A stretch of 64,000 nt of DNA. Source: Octopus sinensis. Taxonomy: Eukaryota. The translations under genes were made by a program, and so were the position numbers. This document shows positions 14,301 to 28,000 of this stretch, one piece after another; within the stretch, counting starts at the first letter, position 1, and the number at the start of each line of letters is the position of its first letter. A model generated the notes under the pieces. That model did no database searches and was not told the DNA's origin. It saw only the letters and a program-made list of their open reading frames with translations. Where the stretch lies: assembly GCF_006345805.1 (NCBI RefSeq), contig NC_043006.1, positions 30,132,001-30,196,000 on the forward strand. The letters are read 5' to 3'.

Positions 14301-17300
14301 AGCCAGAAGACATTTCATCCCATTTCCTTTTGTGATTGATCTGGTCAATGTAACATATAACAAACTCATCAATGCTTTTAGAATGGTTGGATGACATATT
14401 CTATGTGTTGCATAGAAATGTCAGGTGTCTCTGATATAGTGGGTTAGGGGAGTACTAAAACAACCTGAGATGGCTAAAAATACTGGAATAGAATGTGAAA
14501 TTTTAGAACACAAGAAACAAAACATTCAAAAGACATGTATTTCAAGAGAATATTGTTTTAGAACAATGTTTGCGTTCAGTTTACAACTCACAAGTAAAAC
14601 AGCAATGAACATGTCCATATTAATGGTTGTTTGGCGTTCTGGGTTGTGTTTAGCAATGACCTGAAAAATAATTTGAGAGTTTTTATTCTAATTAATTTAT
14701 TGCATTAATTTAATTTATATTAAAACACTTGGCTTAATGGAAATACAATGAAGAAGAAGAAATACAGTGCCTCTGAGTTTTATGTTTGCCTAGATTATAA
14801 TATGCACAACCAGGATCATTGCTGTTTACAACTGTTTAAAGAGATACTAAATATAAATTAAACTGAATAATTAGAAATATTAAAACACACATATAATGTT
14901 TTGTATAAACACACACATCTGTATGTATGTCACGAGCCCTCGTGGACACGGGCTGCTCAACAACCCTAATGACTCCAGAAGTGGTAGAAGAATGGAGTGG
15001 AGTGAGTAGTGTAAGGGCTGTTGACAGTATGGAAGTTGAATGCAGAGGAAGTACCGATGTGGAGATGGTGGTACAAGGAACAAGATTGAGGTTGCGGTCT
15101 ATTGTAATTGATTGTGTAGTGGACTGGATCGATGTCATGATGGAGATGGACACCATTGTCCGCTTGGGAGGTGTTACAGTCAATGAAGCCAGTATAGTGT
15201 TCGGTGATGAGGGGGCGCTGTGAGTTCGCGACAGGAGAGTAGAGTGATTTTTGAGCTGTGTTCGATGGCCAGCAGTGGACAGTGGAATGGCACTGGAAGG
15301 GAGATCCTCTGACATTGAAAAACACAGTAGGCTGCTATCAGCATACCCTGAAAGGGGATGCCAGAAGCGATTTCGAGGGAGAGGTGGACTGGTGGATCAA
15401 GGAAGGTATTCTGATTCTTGGAAGGAGGAAGTGAAGATTGAAGTGCTACTGCTGATGGCAGTGGTGCAGACGGCGAAACAAAGTCAGGCCAGTATTCCGG
15501 GAGCTGAACAACCATGTATTGTGCCATACGGGCGGTGAAGCTATGGACATTTGTAGTGAAACTTTGAGAGAGTAGAGGCAGATGACAAGGGCCTCCACAA
15601 TCGTCAACTTGACGTCAGTTTACCTGCAGCTGCATGTGGCTGAGAGACTGGAAATATCAGCTGGTAAGGTATAAGGGACAGATATACTGCCTGACCAGGT
15701 TGGGATTCAGGCTGAATTCAGCACTGAAAATTATGGCGACAATTCTCAAGACCATCCTGGGAAAGGCTGACAAAATGAAAAGAGCCACCAATTTCTATAT
15801 CGATGGCATCCTGGTGGATGAGAGCATACTGTTGGCAAAGGAGGTCATAAGCCACCTGAAGAGTTTTGGACTAACTGCCAAACCACCAGAGGCAATGGAA
15901 AGAAGAGATGCCCTGGGACTCAAGCTATGGAGAGACAAGGCTGGCATGTTGGTGTTTCAGAGAGGAAATGAGATCCCAGAACTGGGCTCAAAGATGAGTA
16001 GACTGGAATTGTTTTCTGTATGTGGAAAACTGTTGGGACACTACCCAATTGCAGGATGGCATGCAGCTTCATCAAGAGGCGAGCTCAAGGAGTGAGGTGG
16101 AGTGATAACGTGGGCAAGAAGACAACTGCCATGATGCAAGAAGTCTTGGAGAGGGCGACTGCAGAGGACCCAGTAAGAGGGAACTGGTATGTGCCCAAAT
16201 TGAAGAAGGGGATCGTGTGGTGTGATGTCAGCAGCATAGCGACAGGAGTTTTCCTGGAAATTGGAGGTGTTGTGGTGGAGTATGCAGCCTGGCTTAGGAA
16301 GAAGGACGACTGCAACCACATCAACGTGGCAGAGCTGGATGCTGTGCTGAAAGGGCTGAACCTGGCTTTGAGGTGGGGGCTGCATGCCATCAAGATCCAG
16401 CCACTGTACTTAGGTGGGTGGGATCAGTGATCACAGGCGAGTGGAGGGTGTAGAGATGCTGATAAAACACTATATGGGAATTCTGAGTGAGCTAGCCGCC
16501 AAGTTTAACCTGAGGCTGAGTGTGGTTTTGTGCCCTCAGAGAAGAATAGAGCGGACGTCCTGACCAGAGTAAAGAAAGCCTGGTTGCAGGTGCCAGAGGA
16601 TCTGGAACAAGGAGTGGCTACGGTGTATCGACTGAGTGACTCGGAGCTGAGGAGATTGCATATCATGCATCACATGGGGGTGGACAGCACCCTGTTCGTA
16701 GCCAGGAAAGTTGACTCTGACATGACTAAGTAGAGCGTGCAAAGAGTAGTTGGGAGCTAAGACAGGTACCAGTCCATTGACCCCACTCCAGGTGTGCATA
16801 AGGCACGAAGCATTCCAGTGGAACACAACTGGAAACGACTGGCAGTGGACATGATGCACTACCGGCAGGGGACATGCCTCTCAATGGTCAACTGCGGACC
16901 GGGGCAGTTGGCCATATGGAGAGAGATGAAGATGGGGTCCAGGGAAGAAATTACAAAAATACTGAATGAGGTATTCCTAAAACAAGGCCCTGTGGATGAG
17001 CTGCTTGTGGACAATAGCACTGCGTTTTGCTTGGAGGTGCTGGGAGAAATGCTCGAAAAGTGGTATGTCAGCTGTTTCTTCAGGATGGCATACCGGGCAA
17101 TGTGGTTGTTGCGAGGCATCATCATACCATCAAGACCATAGCAGAGAGGGGGCCACATCTCACTGGTCAAGGCTGTTTTTTGGTATAATATGTCACCCAG
17201 CATGGGACAGGCTGAGGAGTCAGTGCCATACATGGCAATATTCAAGTATGAGTGGAGGCATCCATGTACTGCATCGTCACATCCCACAGAAGAGAAGGAG

Positions 17301-20300
17301 CATGCTTTTGTGCAGGTCGGAGAAGAATTCCGGGTTAAGCCCCAAAATGTGCGGTGCACATCACAGTGGGAAATGGGGTCAATAACCTCTGTGAATTCGA
17401 GGAACAACTTATCTGTAGATGGCATGCCACAAAATGTTTTGGATGTGCGCAGGATCATTACTACAATGGAGGATGGGACCAACAGTAATGGACAAGAGGA
17501 CGAAACTGGCAGGAACATGCCAGGAACTGAGGCCAGTCCTGAAGTCACACGGCAGTCACAGAGGGAACAGTGTCTTCCTCGCTGGCTGGTTGATTATGAG
17601 TCAAGTTAAGGCATGTGGTTGGGGTTGAGAAGAGGGTGTGGACAGGTTGGTCGACTGATCTTCAGATCAGAGTGGGGGGGGGGGCGTGTGGTGTTATGAG
17701 ACAGATTGTGTTGTAGGGAAGGATTGGAAGTGAGGGAGTAGGCATGCCCTGTCGGAACTGGGGCCTGTGGATCCCACAGGAAGTGCCGCTGTGGACATGT
17801 GGCATTCAGTGAAGCATGAGGGTCAGTTGGCAGTGAACAGCACATCAGAGTGGACGTGTGAGACGGTACAGCAATGGATAGCGCATGTGGACATGAAGTG
17901 AACCTTGGAGATCGAGACAGTACATCGATGTTGAAAGTGACCCTTTTTCCAGACTGACAGGTAAAACTACCGTAATTCTCTCTTCGCTTCCATCTTTTTT
18001 TCTTTTACATCACATATTTCTCAGACAATGTGTATCATTAATGCAACTTTTTGAGTAGAATCAGCTCCAGTATTGTCACTGGATGACAATAATGGCTTCT
18101 TCAACTACAGTAAACCTGAGGCGCTTCTGCACAGTTCCCATCAACCCAATTACATAGAACAGCATTAGTGCTGGTGCCACATAAAAAATCCCCCCTGTAC
18201 ACTCTGTAGAGTGGTTGGCAGCAGAAAGGGCAGCCAGCCATAGAGACCATGTCAAGATAGAGCCTGGTGTGGCTCCTAGCCTTACCAGTTTCTGTCAAAC
18301 TGTCCAACCCATGCCAGCATAGAAAACAGACATCAAATGATGATGAGGATGACCTTATTACTAACGTATATCAACCTGTAGTGATGCTACTGTGTAGGGT
18401 TCAGCGCGCATGCGCAGAATGGGACTACTTCCGGGTAGCCACCGGAAGTCTTCCCCATGCGCATGTGCGGGAAACGTTCCCTTACCCGCCAAACTCAAAT
18501 CTTTCTCTCTGGCAAGTCAGCTCATCGCGATCGGACGTACATTCAACAGGCTCTGACAACCTCACCGACATAGCCGCCAACGACCATCAACAAACTTCAA
18601 CAAACTAACAAGAAGCTGTACATCAGAGGCTGTCCTTCTCCTATCAGACACACGTACGACATCGCAATAAATAAACGAACTGCTGTCTTTTACCTACAAC
18701 CTGACTTCGTCTGTATTGTCTTATAAAATTGTATGTAACCAGATCGGATATCGACACCCTTTCAGTGAATCGATAACAGATCCTTCGTTACAAACCCATG
18801 ACAACATCTCTTAGTAATTATCGATGTGATTTCTATATTAAAACTACTATTTACCAATTTTTTTCCTGTTTCTTTTATGTCTGCACAAACCAATCAGAAT
18901 TATAAATTCTAGTAAATATCACACTGATATTCACAATTAGAAAACTTCAAAATAGTTTTGTTTTCTACAAATTTATTCCAAACCATGTTTGTGATAACTC
19001 AGGGTAAACTCAATCTTCATGAGAAGATGATTTGTGGATTATTTTCAAAACCTGACTAAAACTAATTCCATTGTAGCAATCCTTAATAAACCTCTATCGG
19101 TGGTGAATGACGTCATGGTCATGTTGGCTGAATATATGCAATTATTAGATTTTCCATTGGTTAAAATTACTGCCCATATTTGAATTATAACTTTTGCCAA
19201 AATCTTTCACAAAATATAGTTCTTAGAATTCAGATATCAGCAGTTATAAAAACCCTGATTTTTGAGAAATAAATCAGTGTTCATTGGTCATCTACAGGAT
19301 TCCACAACACTCCTTTCATGAGATTTGGTTATTACAATGCCAAGTCTGTTGTTTAACTCAACAATGCTATTTTGAATTGTTGTTTTACACTTTGTTTAGT
19401 TTAGTTATGAAAGAATCAGATAATCCAATTTTTATGTCGAAAACTCTCTACAACAGTTTTCTTTTTAAATATCTTTTGACTTCACTTATAAAAATGTATT
19501 GTAAATATTATTATATGAACATAAATAAATTTAGTATATGATTTCTTTATTTTCATTTCTTCAGCCTGCTGATAAAACTTATTTCTGTACTTACTGAAAC
19601 TGTCATTATAATGGTGAAAACAAGTGAGCTTGTTAATATTCAACATACACGCATGTTCAGCATCCTGGTATATAACTCACCACAGCGTTTACATAGTCTA
19701 AGCTAGAATTTATGTATGGTGATTAAATACTTATAATTAAGTTATAGGTGACTGATTTATCACCACAGATACCTGCTAAAGAGGTTATTATATTTTTTAG
19801 TCTTAAGTAGCATGTCATCATTTAACTTATCGAACACGTTATAAACAGATTAAATTATCTAATTGTTATAGGTAGTCTCCCACTGTTATAAATTGACACT
19901 CGTCCTTTTTCTCTATATGCCGTTATACCATTCTCTCACATTGTTAACATCTTTTGGGAAATCGATCAACCCTGCACAATCTTAATTTACTGTTTTTCTA
20001 TAAATCTGATGCCCTAGGTTCTCGCATGTTGCAGAGTCTATCAGTATATTCTACAGTTATATAAATATTCCAAAGTATTTTAACATTTCCATACTTATTA
20101 CACGTGTTTGAAAATACTAACCTGCGTCAATTTATCAAAAGCGCTACAAATATTTTCATGCTTTGTGCATTCTTCCATTTTCATGCTAGAGTTTTGATTT
20201 CTGCTCCTGTAAAATGAATGCTCAGTTCTTAAACTGTATTTGATCAATGGCATTTTAACAATAATTCAGAATAAGTGGTAAATATATACTGCTCAACATA

Positions 20301-23300
20301 TTAAACATAATGAGATTTCTAAATTTATAAAACAAATTGTTACAATTCTATAATACTTCATTTTAATGAGATTACCTCAAGTTTAATCAAATTCTGAAGG
20401 AATTTTTTGAAATACAGTCTTAGGAAATCCTGCTGTTCTTGTACAAAGAATCCTTGTCCGGTACTGGATTGATTCTAAAATCTAATGAGTTTGTGCTAGT
20501 CTTAAGGTCAAACATCCCTGAAAGTTTCATCTGAATCCATCCAGTGGTTCTTGAAATATCTTGTCCATGGACAAACAAACAAATACGACTGAAAACAATA
20601 CCTCCACATTCGCTAAGGCGAAGGTAATAATAAAAGAGAATTGTCTATATGTTTGCTAAAACTCTGAGCTGTTCATATATTTCTATATCTTTGCCATGCT
20701 CTGTCCAACTTATCGCTGCTCCTCTCAAAAATCAAACCAATTCACCACCAGGCCTGTCAACTACCAGTCCAATCAAATAACCCATATTAGTAGACACAAC
20801 ACATCTGCACTCCTGTATAGTCCTGTAACAACATCAGCAGCTAAACCAACAGCCATAAATCTGCCATTATTGTCTTAAGAAATCAGGGGAGCCAAATGAA
20901 GACCCCCCCTAGGCCTTATAGTAATAGTCATGAAACTATAGCAGTGAACAAGTAAATAATAAAATAGGAATTATAGTAGTAACAGTGGAATTATAATAGT
21001 GAACAAGTAAATAATAACCTAGAATGATTAACATGTGGCGTTGTGTAACCATTGAGTTGTTGGCAACTAAACTGGCAAACCCACTAAACTTGCTTGGTGA
21101 GGAGAGTGGATTTTCGACACTCTGCAGGATTAAAAACAAAACCTGGGAAAGGGCAGTGGAACTCATAAGAGTCAATGGCCATTCCAAAAACGAATAGACA
21201 GAACTCATGGGCCTTGGTTGGCAGTCAGTCTAGGAGAAGGAACACTGATTTAAAAACCGAGGTAGATAGGACTCCTTAATCACAGTGGTGACAACCTGCC
21301 AGTGTCAACAGCTTCATGCCTGGGATGAAGACAAATGAACCGGGAATCAGAACTTAACTCTGAAGCATTATTTGGATGAAGATAAGGGACCAACTGATGT
21401 TCACCTATCTCCTAGTGAGAATCATGATCATGGTCCCCAACACACAGAAATGCGAAGGGAACAGGCCCAACTTATGGGTAGTAAGAGCTCTGCAGTTTTG
21501 GTTGACAATCTTATTAGAAATGGTGTCTTGATAAAAATACCGGTTGGTGGTTAACCTTAAAATACAAACTTCACTATTGGTTGGCGAAGGAGTGCTTATA
21601 AACAGAAATATGCATGACACTAGTATTTGCCACGACTACAATTTCATTTGATTTGATGGGTCTTCTTAAGCACAACATAATGCCAAAGGTCTCAGTCATT
21701 GCCTCCGTGAGACCCAATGCCTGAAAGGAACTCACCTCCATGAGCTTGAAAGAAAACAGTTGTATAAAGAAATGCCAACTGCTTAACTTGAATCGAACCT
21801 GTGAGAAAAGAGGATCCAAGAAGGTGTGGGATGAAGTGGTGAAATCTGATCCCAGGATGTTGAGCCTCATGAAGAAGATGATATGTGGTGCTGAAGAATA
21901 CTTGCCCATTTATGCCAGCACAGTGAAAATTAGGTTCTAGAAATGTGTATGCACACCTCAGGATCGCTCAGTCAATATATCCTTATCAAGCTTTCAATTG
22001 CTGCTTTGCCATCTTTTCATCTACCTATCACTCATCCCTCCATCACTTTTGTGTAATTCTGCAACTCATTAAAGGAGGGCAAAATTACATATCATGTAAT
22101 TATCTTTTATGTTCTGCTAGTCATCACTCTCTCTTCTCTGAATACTTCCTGTTGACATCTATCCCGCATTTTAAACTTTGTTCCTCCTTTCCTATATTTG
22201 CTATTGACCACACCCCTTCTGTGCTGCCAATAATCTCTACATCTCTCTCTCTCTCTCTCTCTCTCTCCTGTACTACTTCCCCTTGACAGCTGTCTTTCAT
22301 TCTTAACATTGCACCCTCAATCATATTTACCACTGACCATCTTTGTTCACCGTTCATTACATTCTCTCCAATATATGTATAATCATACATGCAATGTGTA
22401 TTACAATTGTGCCTATATATGTACAATAAGAACTTGCTTGGATAGTTTGGTTTCTGGGTATTTATTGAGTTTATAACATCTGTATTCTTTGAGTCGGTTC
22501 TCCAAATAGGTCCGCATAATCTCTGGTTCATCATCTGAAAACTAATTAGGTTAAAACATTGTTTGTAAGTAAAGAACTTTGATTAGTTTATACAAGTACA
22601 TAATTTATATTAACTGGAATGTGTTCCCTAACTTGTTCACACACACACACAATTATTATCATAAATGGTTCCTTTGTCCTTTTCTTCATGATAGCATAAA
22701 CCAGAAACATTTGCAGTATGGCAGCTTTCCAAGCAGTTCAGTCCTGCAAAATTTATAGTGTGGCACCCATGCTACACCAGTGTAGCACCATGACCATTAC
22801 TTGCCAATTCATACATTGAATAAGGTGTATATGCTATCTAGGGACCATTTAGTTCTGAATATATCCAACTTCAGCAAGCACAGCCCAGTGCTAGCAACAT
22901 GACACCAATATGCAAATTCTTCTTCAACTAATTAATTTTTCAAAACAGAATTACCTTCATATATTGTAAGCTGAGTTGTTCACTAGTTAGAAGCTAAATA
23001 AATATATCATTCATACTAAAGTGAAAAATAAAATTTCTTTAGAAGAGTGGAAGTAACAAGCATTTTATTCATTGAAATACAACAATAAAAAAAAAACAGT
23101 AACATAATAATAATAACAACAACATACCAAGAGAAATCCAAGAGTCTTTTTATTAAAGGTACCAAATCTGATTGATTTGTCAAAGAATTCGTGCAATTGC
23201 TCAAGAGGACGAAGTCGACTAATGAAATTATCTTCTGGTGCCATTGAAAGCCACCAACCTGGAAAAGAAAATTAACTTTTAAACAAAGAATTTATATTAC

Positions 23301-25036
23301 AGTAATCCCTCGACAATCGCAGGTGATACATTCCAAAAACACCCCACGATAAGCAAAAATCCACGAAGTAGAAACCAATAATGTATACTCTTCTACTTGT
23401 TTCAGTCATTTGACTGCGACCATGCTGGAGCACCACCTCTAATCGAGCAACTCGACCCCGGGACTTATTCTTTTGTAAGCCCAGTACTTATTCTATCGGT
23501 CTCTTTTGCCGAACCGCTAAGTGACGGGGACATAAACACACCAGCATCGGTTGTCAAGCAATGCTAGGGGGACAAACATAGACACACAAACACACACACA
23601 CGCACATATATATATATGTACATATATATGACGGGCTTCTTTCAGTTTCCGTCTACCAAATCCACTCACAAGGCTTTGGTCGGCCCGAGGCTATAGTAGA
23701 AGACACTTGCCCAAGGTGCCACGCAGTGGGACTGAACCCGGAACCATGTGGTTGGTAAACAAGCTACTTACCACACAGCCACTCCTGCACCTATTTATTA
23801 TTATTATTTTTATAATTTGTTTATATTCATTTCATTACAAATGCAAAACAACACCATGGAGGAATTGATATAAGCTTAAATAATAAACCATGGTACGGGA
23901 GGGGATAACTGTATATGGAGTAAATACAGCAGTACAATTCTCAGTGAACATTAAATCCTGTAGCTCTGTTTTCCAGAGTTTAGTGAAAAAGTGATGAAGG
24001 CTGGCAACAGAAACAACAAAAATATTGCTTCAAATAAGTACATGTCCAACTGTACCAGCACAGAAACATGAGCATAAAATGAATGACTGGGAAGCACTCT
24101 GTCGGTTACGATGATGAGGGTTCTGGTTGATCCGATCAACGGAACAGCCTGCTCGTGAAATTAACGTGTAAGTGGCTGAGCACTCTACAGACACGTGTAC
24201 CCTTAACGCAGTTCTCAGAGATACTCAGTGTGACACAGAGAGTGACAAGGCTGGCCCTTTGAAATACAGTTACAACAGAAACAGGAAGTAAGAATGAGAG
24301 AAAGTTGTGGTGAAAGAGTACAGCAGGGATCACCACCATCCCCTGCCGGAGTGTCATGGAGCTTTAGGTGTTTTCGCTCAATAAACACTCACAACGCCCG
24401 GTCTGGGAATCAAAACCACGATCCCATGACCGCGAATCCACTGCCCTAACCACTGGGCCATTGCGCCTCCACAATGAGCTTATAAAACCAGACTTCAGAT
24501 TGATGTGTCGGCTGCGCCATCTGGTAAAATACTACAACTAATATAATTTAGATAGCAATTAACACACCCCACAGAGAACTTATCTTCAGATGAAAGTTTG
24601 GCGAGGACAAAGGATGAAGAATAAAGGACAACAACAGATGCAGTATCTCCAACTCGAACAGCACCATAAATGGGACATAAAAACCATTGAAGCTTCGTGA
24701 TTCTGAGAGGAAGGAAGATGGTGCAGGTAGCTCATTCAGGGAGCAGAGGCTAGTGTAGAACTAGAGGAGGAGAGAGAAAAGGAAACAGTACACGGTACCA
24801 TAGGACTGTTTATGAAGCAAGTCTAACCTGGGGCCCACACCACAGTAATACACACGCAATCAACACTACCTCTACACCCAGTCATACATACATTAATTAG
24901 TATGCATAAACATTGCATACACATACACACACACCCAACAACCTACCCATTCGCTTTTCACACGCAACAACAGCCTATACATAGCATATGCATACTATAT
25001 ATATCCATGTACATATATATACACATATATATACAC

Positions 25037-25067
<31 letters not shown>

Positions 25068-28000
25068 CACACATATACATATCCATGTGTGTGTGTATAT
25101 ATATATATATAAAAGAGAGAGAGAAAGCGTATGTTTTTGTGTGTGTGTATATATATATATGAGAGAGAAAGAGTATATGTTTGTGTGAGTATGTGTATAT
25201 AAATCAACAAACACACACCAAAACAGAAACGCATACATATTGTAGATACACACACACACACACACGCAAACACTAATGAATGACTATACACTGAGGTAAA
25301 CAAATACACACATATACATGCGTGCATGCATGTGTATACCTGCATAGGTGTGTGTGTGTGTGTGGTATATAAACAGCGATTTTCTAGCACACATAAGACA
25401 TTCAGAAAGCATGGGGTTAGGATTACACAAATACATAAATCACATGTTACTGCAACTAGATAAAAGTAAGACACACACTGGGAGGTATTACACAGAGAGA
25501 TGAAAGTGTACACAGAAAATACAATATATAAATATACAATATGGATGAAGAAGGTGAGAAAATACATGTGGGGATAAAAAGTGCAATTACAGTGTGAGAA
25601 TTGGTCTGCAAAATTCAATGCAAGAGAGTAACCTATCAATACAATATTAATAAGGTGAATGCAAGGCACATGTATATAGAGGCCAGTGAGTGAGATAAAG
25701 GGAGAGCAGAGGACCAATGGGCATGTATATAGAGGCCAGTGAGTGAAATAAAAGGAGAGCAGGGGACCAATGGGCATGTATATAGAGGCCAGTGAGTGAG
25801 ATAAAGGGAGAGCAGAGGACCAATGGGCATGTATATTGAGGCCAGTGAGTGAGATAAAAGGAGAGCAGGGGATCAAAGGTCATGTATATAAAGGCCAGTG
25901 AGTGAGATAAAAGGAGAGCAGGGGATCAAAGGTCATGTATATAAAGGCCAGTAAGTAAAATAAAGCAAAAGCAGAGGACCGAAGGCAAAGAGATGAAATT
26001 GCAAAATAACAGTAATGAAAGGTGCAAAAAAGTGTAAGAGAAATGAGCAAAAGTAATAAATCCAGGGCTGTAGACCAAAATATGACAAACTCCAAAGTTC
26101 TTAACGGCATGAAGCTCATTAGCCAACAGGTAATGTAATGGTTCATAAGATAAATTTTCTTTGATGTGAGCCTGAAGAAATCAATTTTAATTTTGAATTT
26201 AAAACATGTAGCAGTTGTTGTAGAAGGTTTAACTTCTCAGATAAACAAAGACAATATTTGAAGCCAATGATATCAACAGATGCAGTGTCAATTATTGACC
26301 AGTTAACATTGTAGTTTAAGATAACTTTATATTTCAAACTCCAGATATGCTTGGAGTGTGTAATTTTTCCTATTTTATCTTCATGTCCTAATGAATAGAT
26401 ATGTTGGTTATATCTGAATTTAAGTGTATTCCCTGTGAGGCCTTTATAGCATTTTATATGCTTGCTGTTACTAATGTAGAGTTCAGCAGAATTAACAACA
26501 CTCTTTCAAAGGCATTTATAGTATAGATGGCACATGATGCTGCGAAGCAACCATTGAGTTAAAGAATCATGTGCTAATTGAGTATGTTAAATATTTCCTA
26601 TTAATTATCTACATAGCTGTAACTGACTTTAATGTAATTCTTATTAAAAATCTTGTAGAACTTGTTATTATTATTAGGGAGTTGCTCCTTAATTAAGTTT
26701 AGAAAGGACCAGGCAATATTAGAACTAACATCTAAACTGAAAGATGGATTGAAACATATAACCTTCCATCTTCTGGGATTTTTAACATTAGAAGTACTTT
26801 GTCTAGTTATGTATTAAATCTTATCAGCGAAGCCACTTCTACTTAAAGCTTCATTATAACACTTTTCAGTGGTAAGAAGCTTGCTTCCTAACCACATGGT
26901 TCAGGATTCAGTCCCACTGTGTGGCACCTTGGGCAAGTGTCTTTTATAGCTTCAGGCCGACCAAAGCCTTGTGAGTGAATTCTGAGAACGTGTAAATATA
27001 TACATGTGTGTGTCTTTGTCCTCCCACCATACCCAACACTGCTTGACAACCAGTGTGTGTTTACATCCCTGTAACTTAGCAGTTTGGCAAAAGAAATTGA
27101 TAGAATGAGTACTAGGCTTTAAAAAAATAAATACTGTGGAGGGGGGTCAATACATTCAACTCAAAACCCTTCAAGGCAGTGCCCCAGCATGGCCACAATC
27201 AAATGACTGAAACAAGTAAAAAATAAATTTATTTCCCAACATAAAGTGGCAGTCCTGATCAGGACCAATGTTACTGTTATTTAGCCCCAGGAAAACATCA
27301 TCTCCAGCTGGCTATCAATGCACTAACTGCATCCTTATATTTTCAGACAAGGGAACTAGTGTCCCCACTCAGCTCAAAGCAGTAACATTGGTCCTAACCA
27401 GGACTACCACTTTACATTGGCAAATAAACTTTACTCTATAATACTGTTGCTGCATGTTTCTCTGTTTATTCTAAAAATTCTCTTACTGATATTTCTAAGC
27501 TATTTTCTCAGACTTTTGTGATGAATTCATGTGAACTGGTGAAAAATTTCTTATTGACTCACCACCTCCGGTACAGTAGCCTGTACTTGCTATATTTGGG
27601 TGGAGAAGTTTCTATTATCATTATTTCAAATTGCTTGATCAGTGAATTATTTTCACACCAAAACTACATACTCCAAAAGTCATTTTGTGAGCTTGTTGTG
27701 TTAGATTAAGCTTTACTGAGGAGACACATTAAAACTGAAATATACCCTGGATTGTCATTATACTTACCCTCTACATACCACCATTTAATTTTTAATGAAC
27801 CTCAATTTGAAGTTCCAGCTTTTTTATTAAGTGTTATTAACAAGAATTGTGAATATGTGTATAATACATATCATCATCATCAAGTGTTTTAAATTCGGGC
27901 TTTGTCCCTTTTAACGGGAGTGGCCAGATCTACCTCATTGCCATAGCAACCATCCTCACACCATCTCACCTGGTTTTGGGCATCCTCCTTCTTCAAACCA

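Noticed and set aside
14927-17609. Domesticated or active retroviral-like gene
   Set aside because: Many frameshifts and stops, and YIDD changed to YIDG.
23700-23792. tRNA genes suggested by A/B boxes (also 24400-24470, 35640-35730, 38789-38860)
   Set aside because: They are SINE heads continuing into repeat bodies; no convincing cloverleaf.
24902-25883. Long ORFs (up to 293 aa)
   Set aside because: Translations of microsatellite and minisatellite DNA; the same applies to 38305-39074 and 51520-51961.
25669-25985. CRISPR-like periodic array
   Set aside because: Units are head-to-tail with no unique spacers and there are no cas genes; eukaryotic minisatellite.
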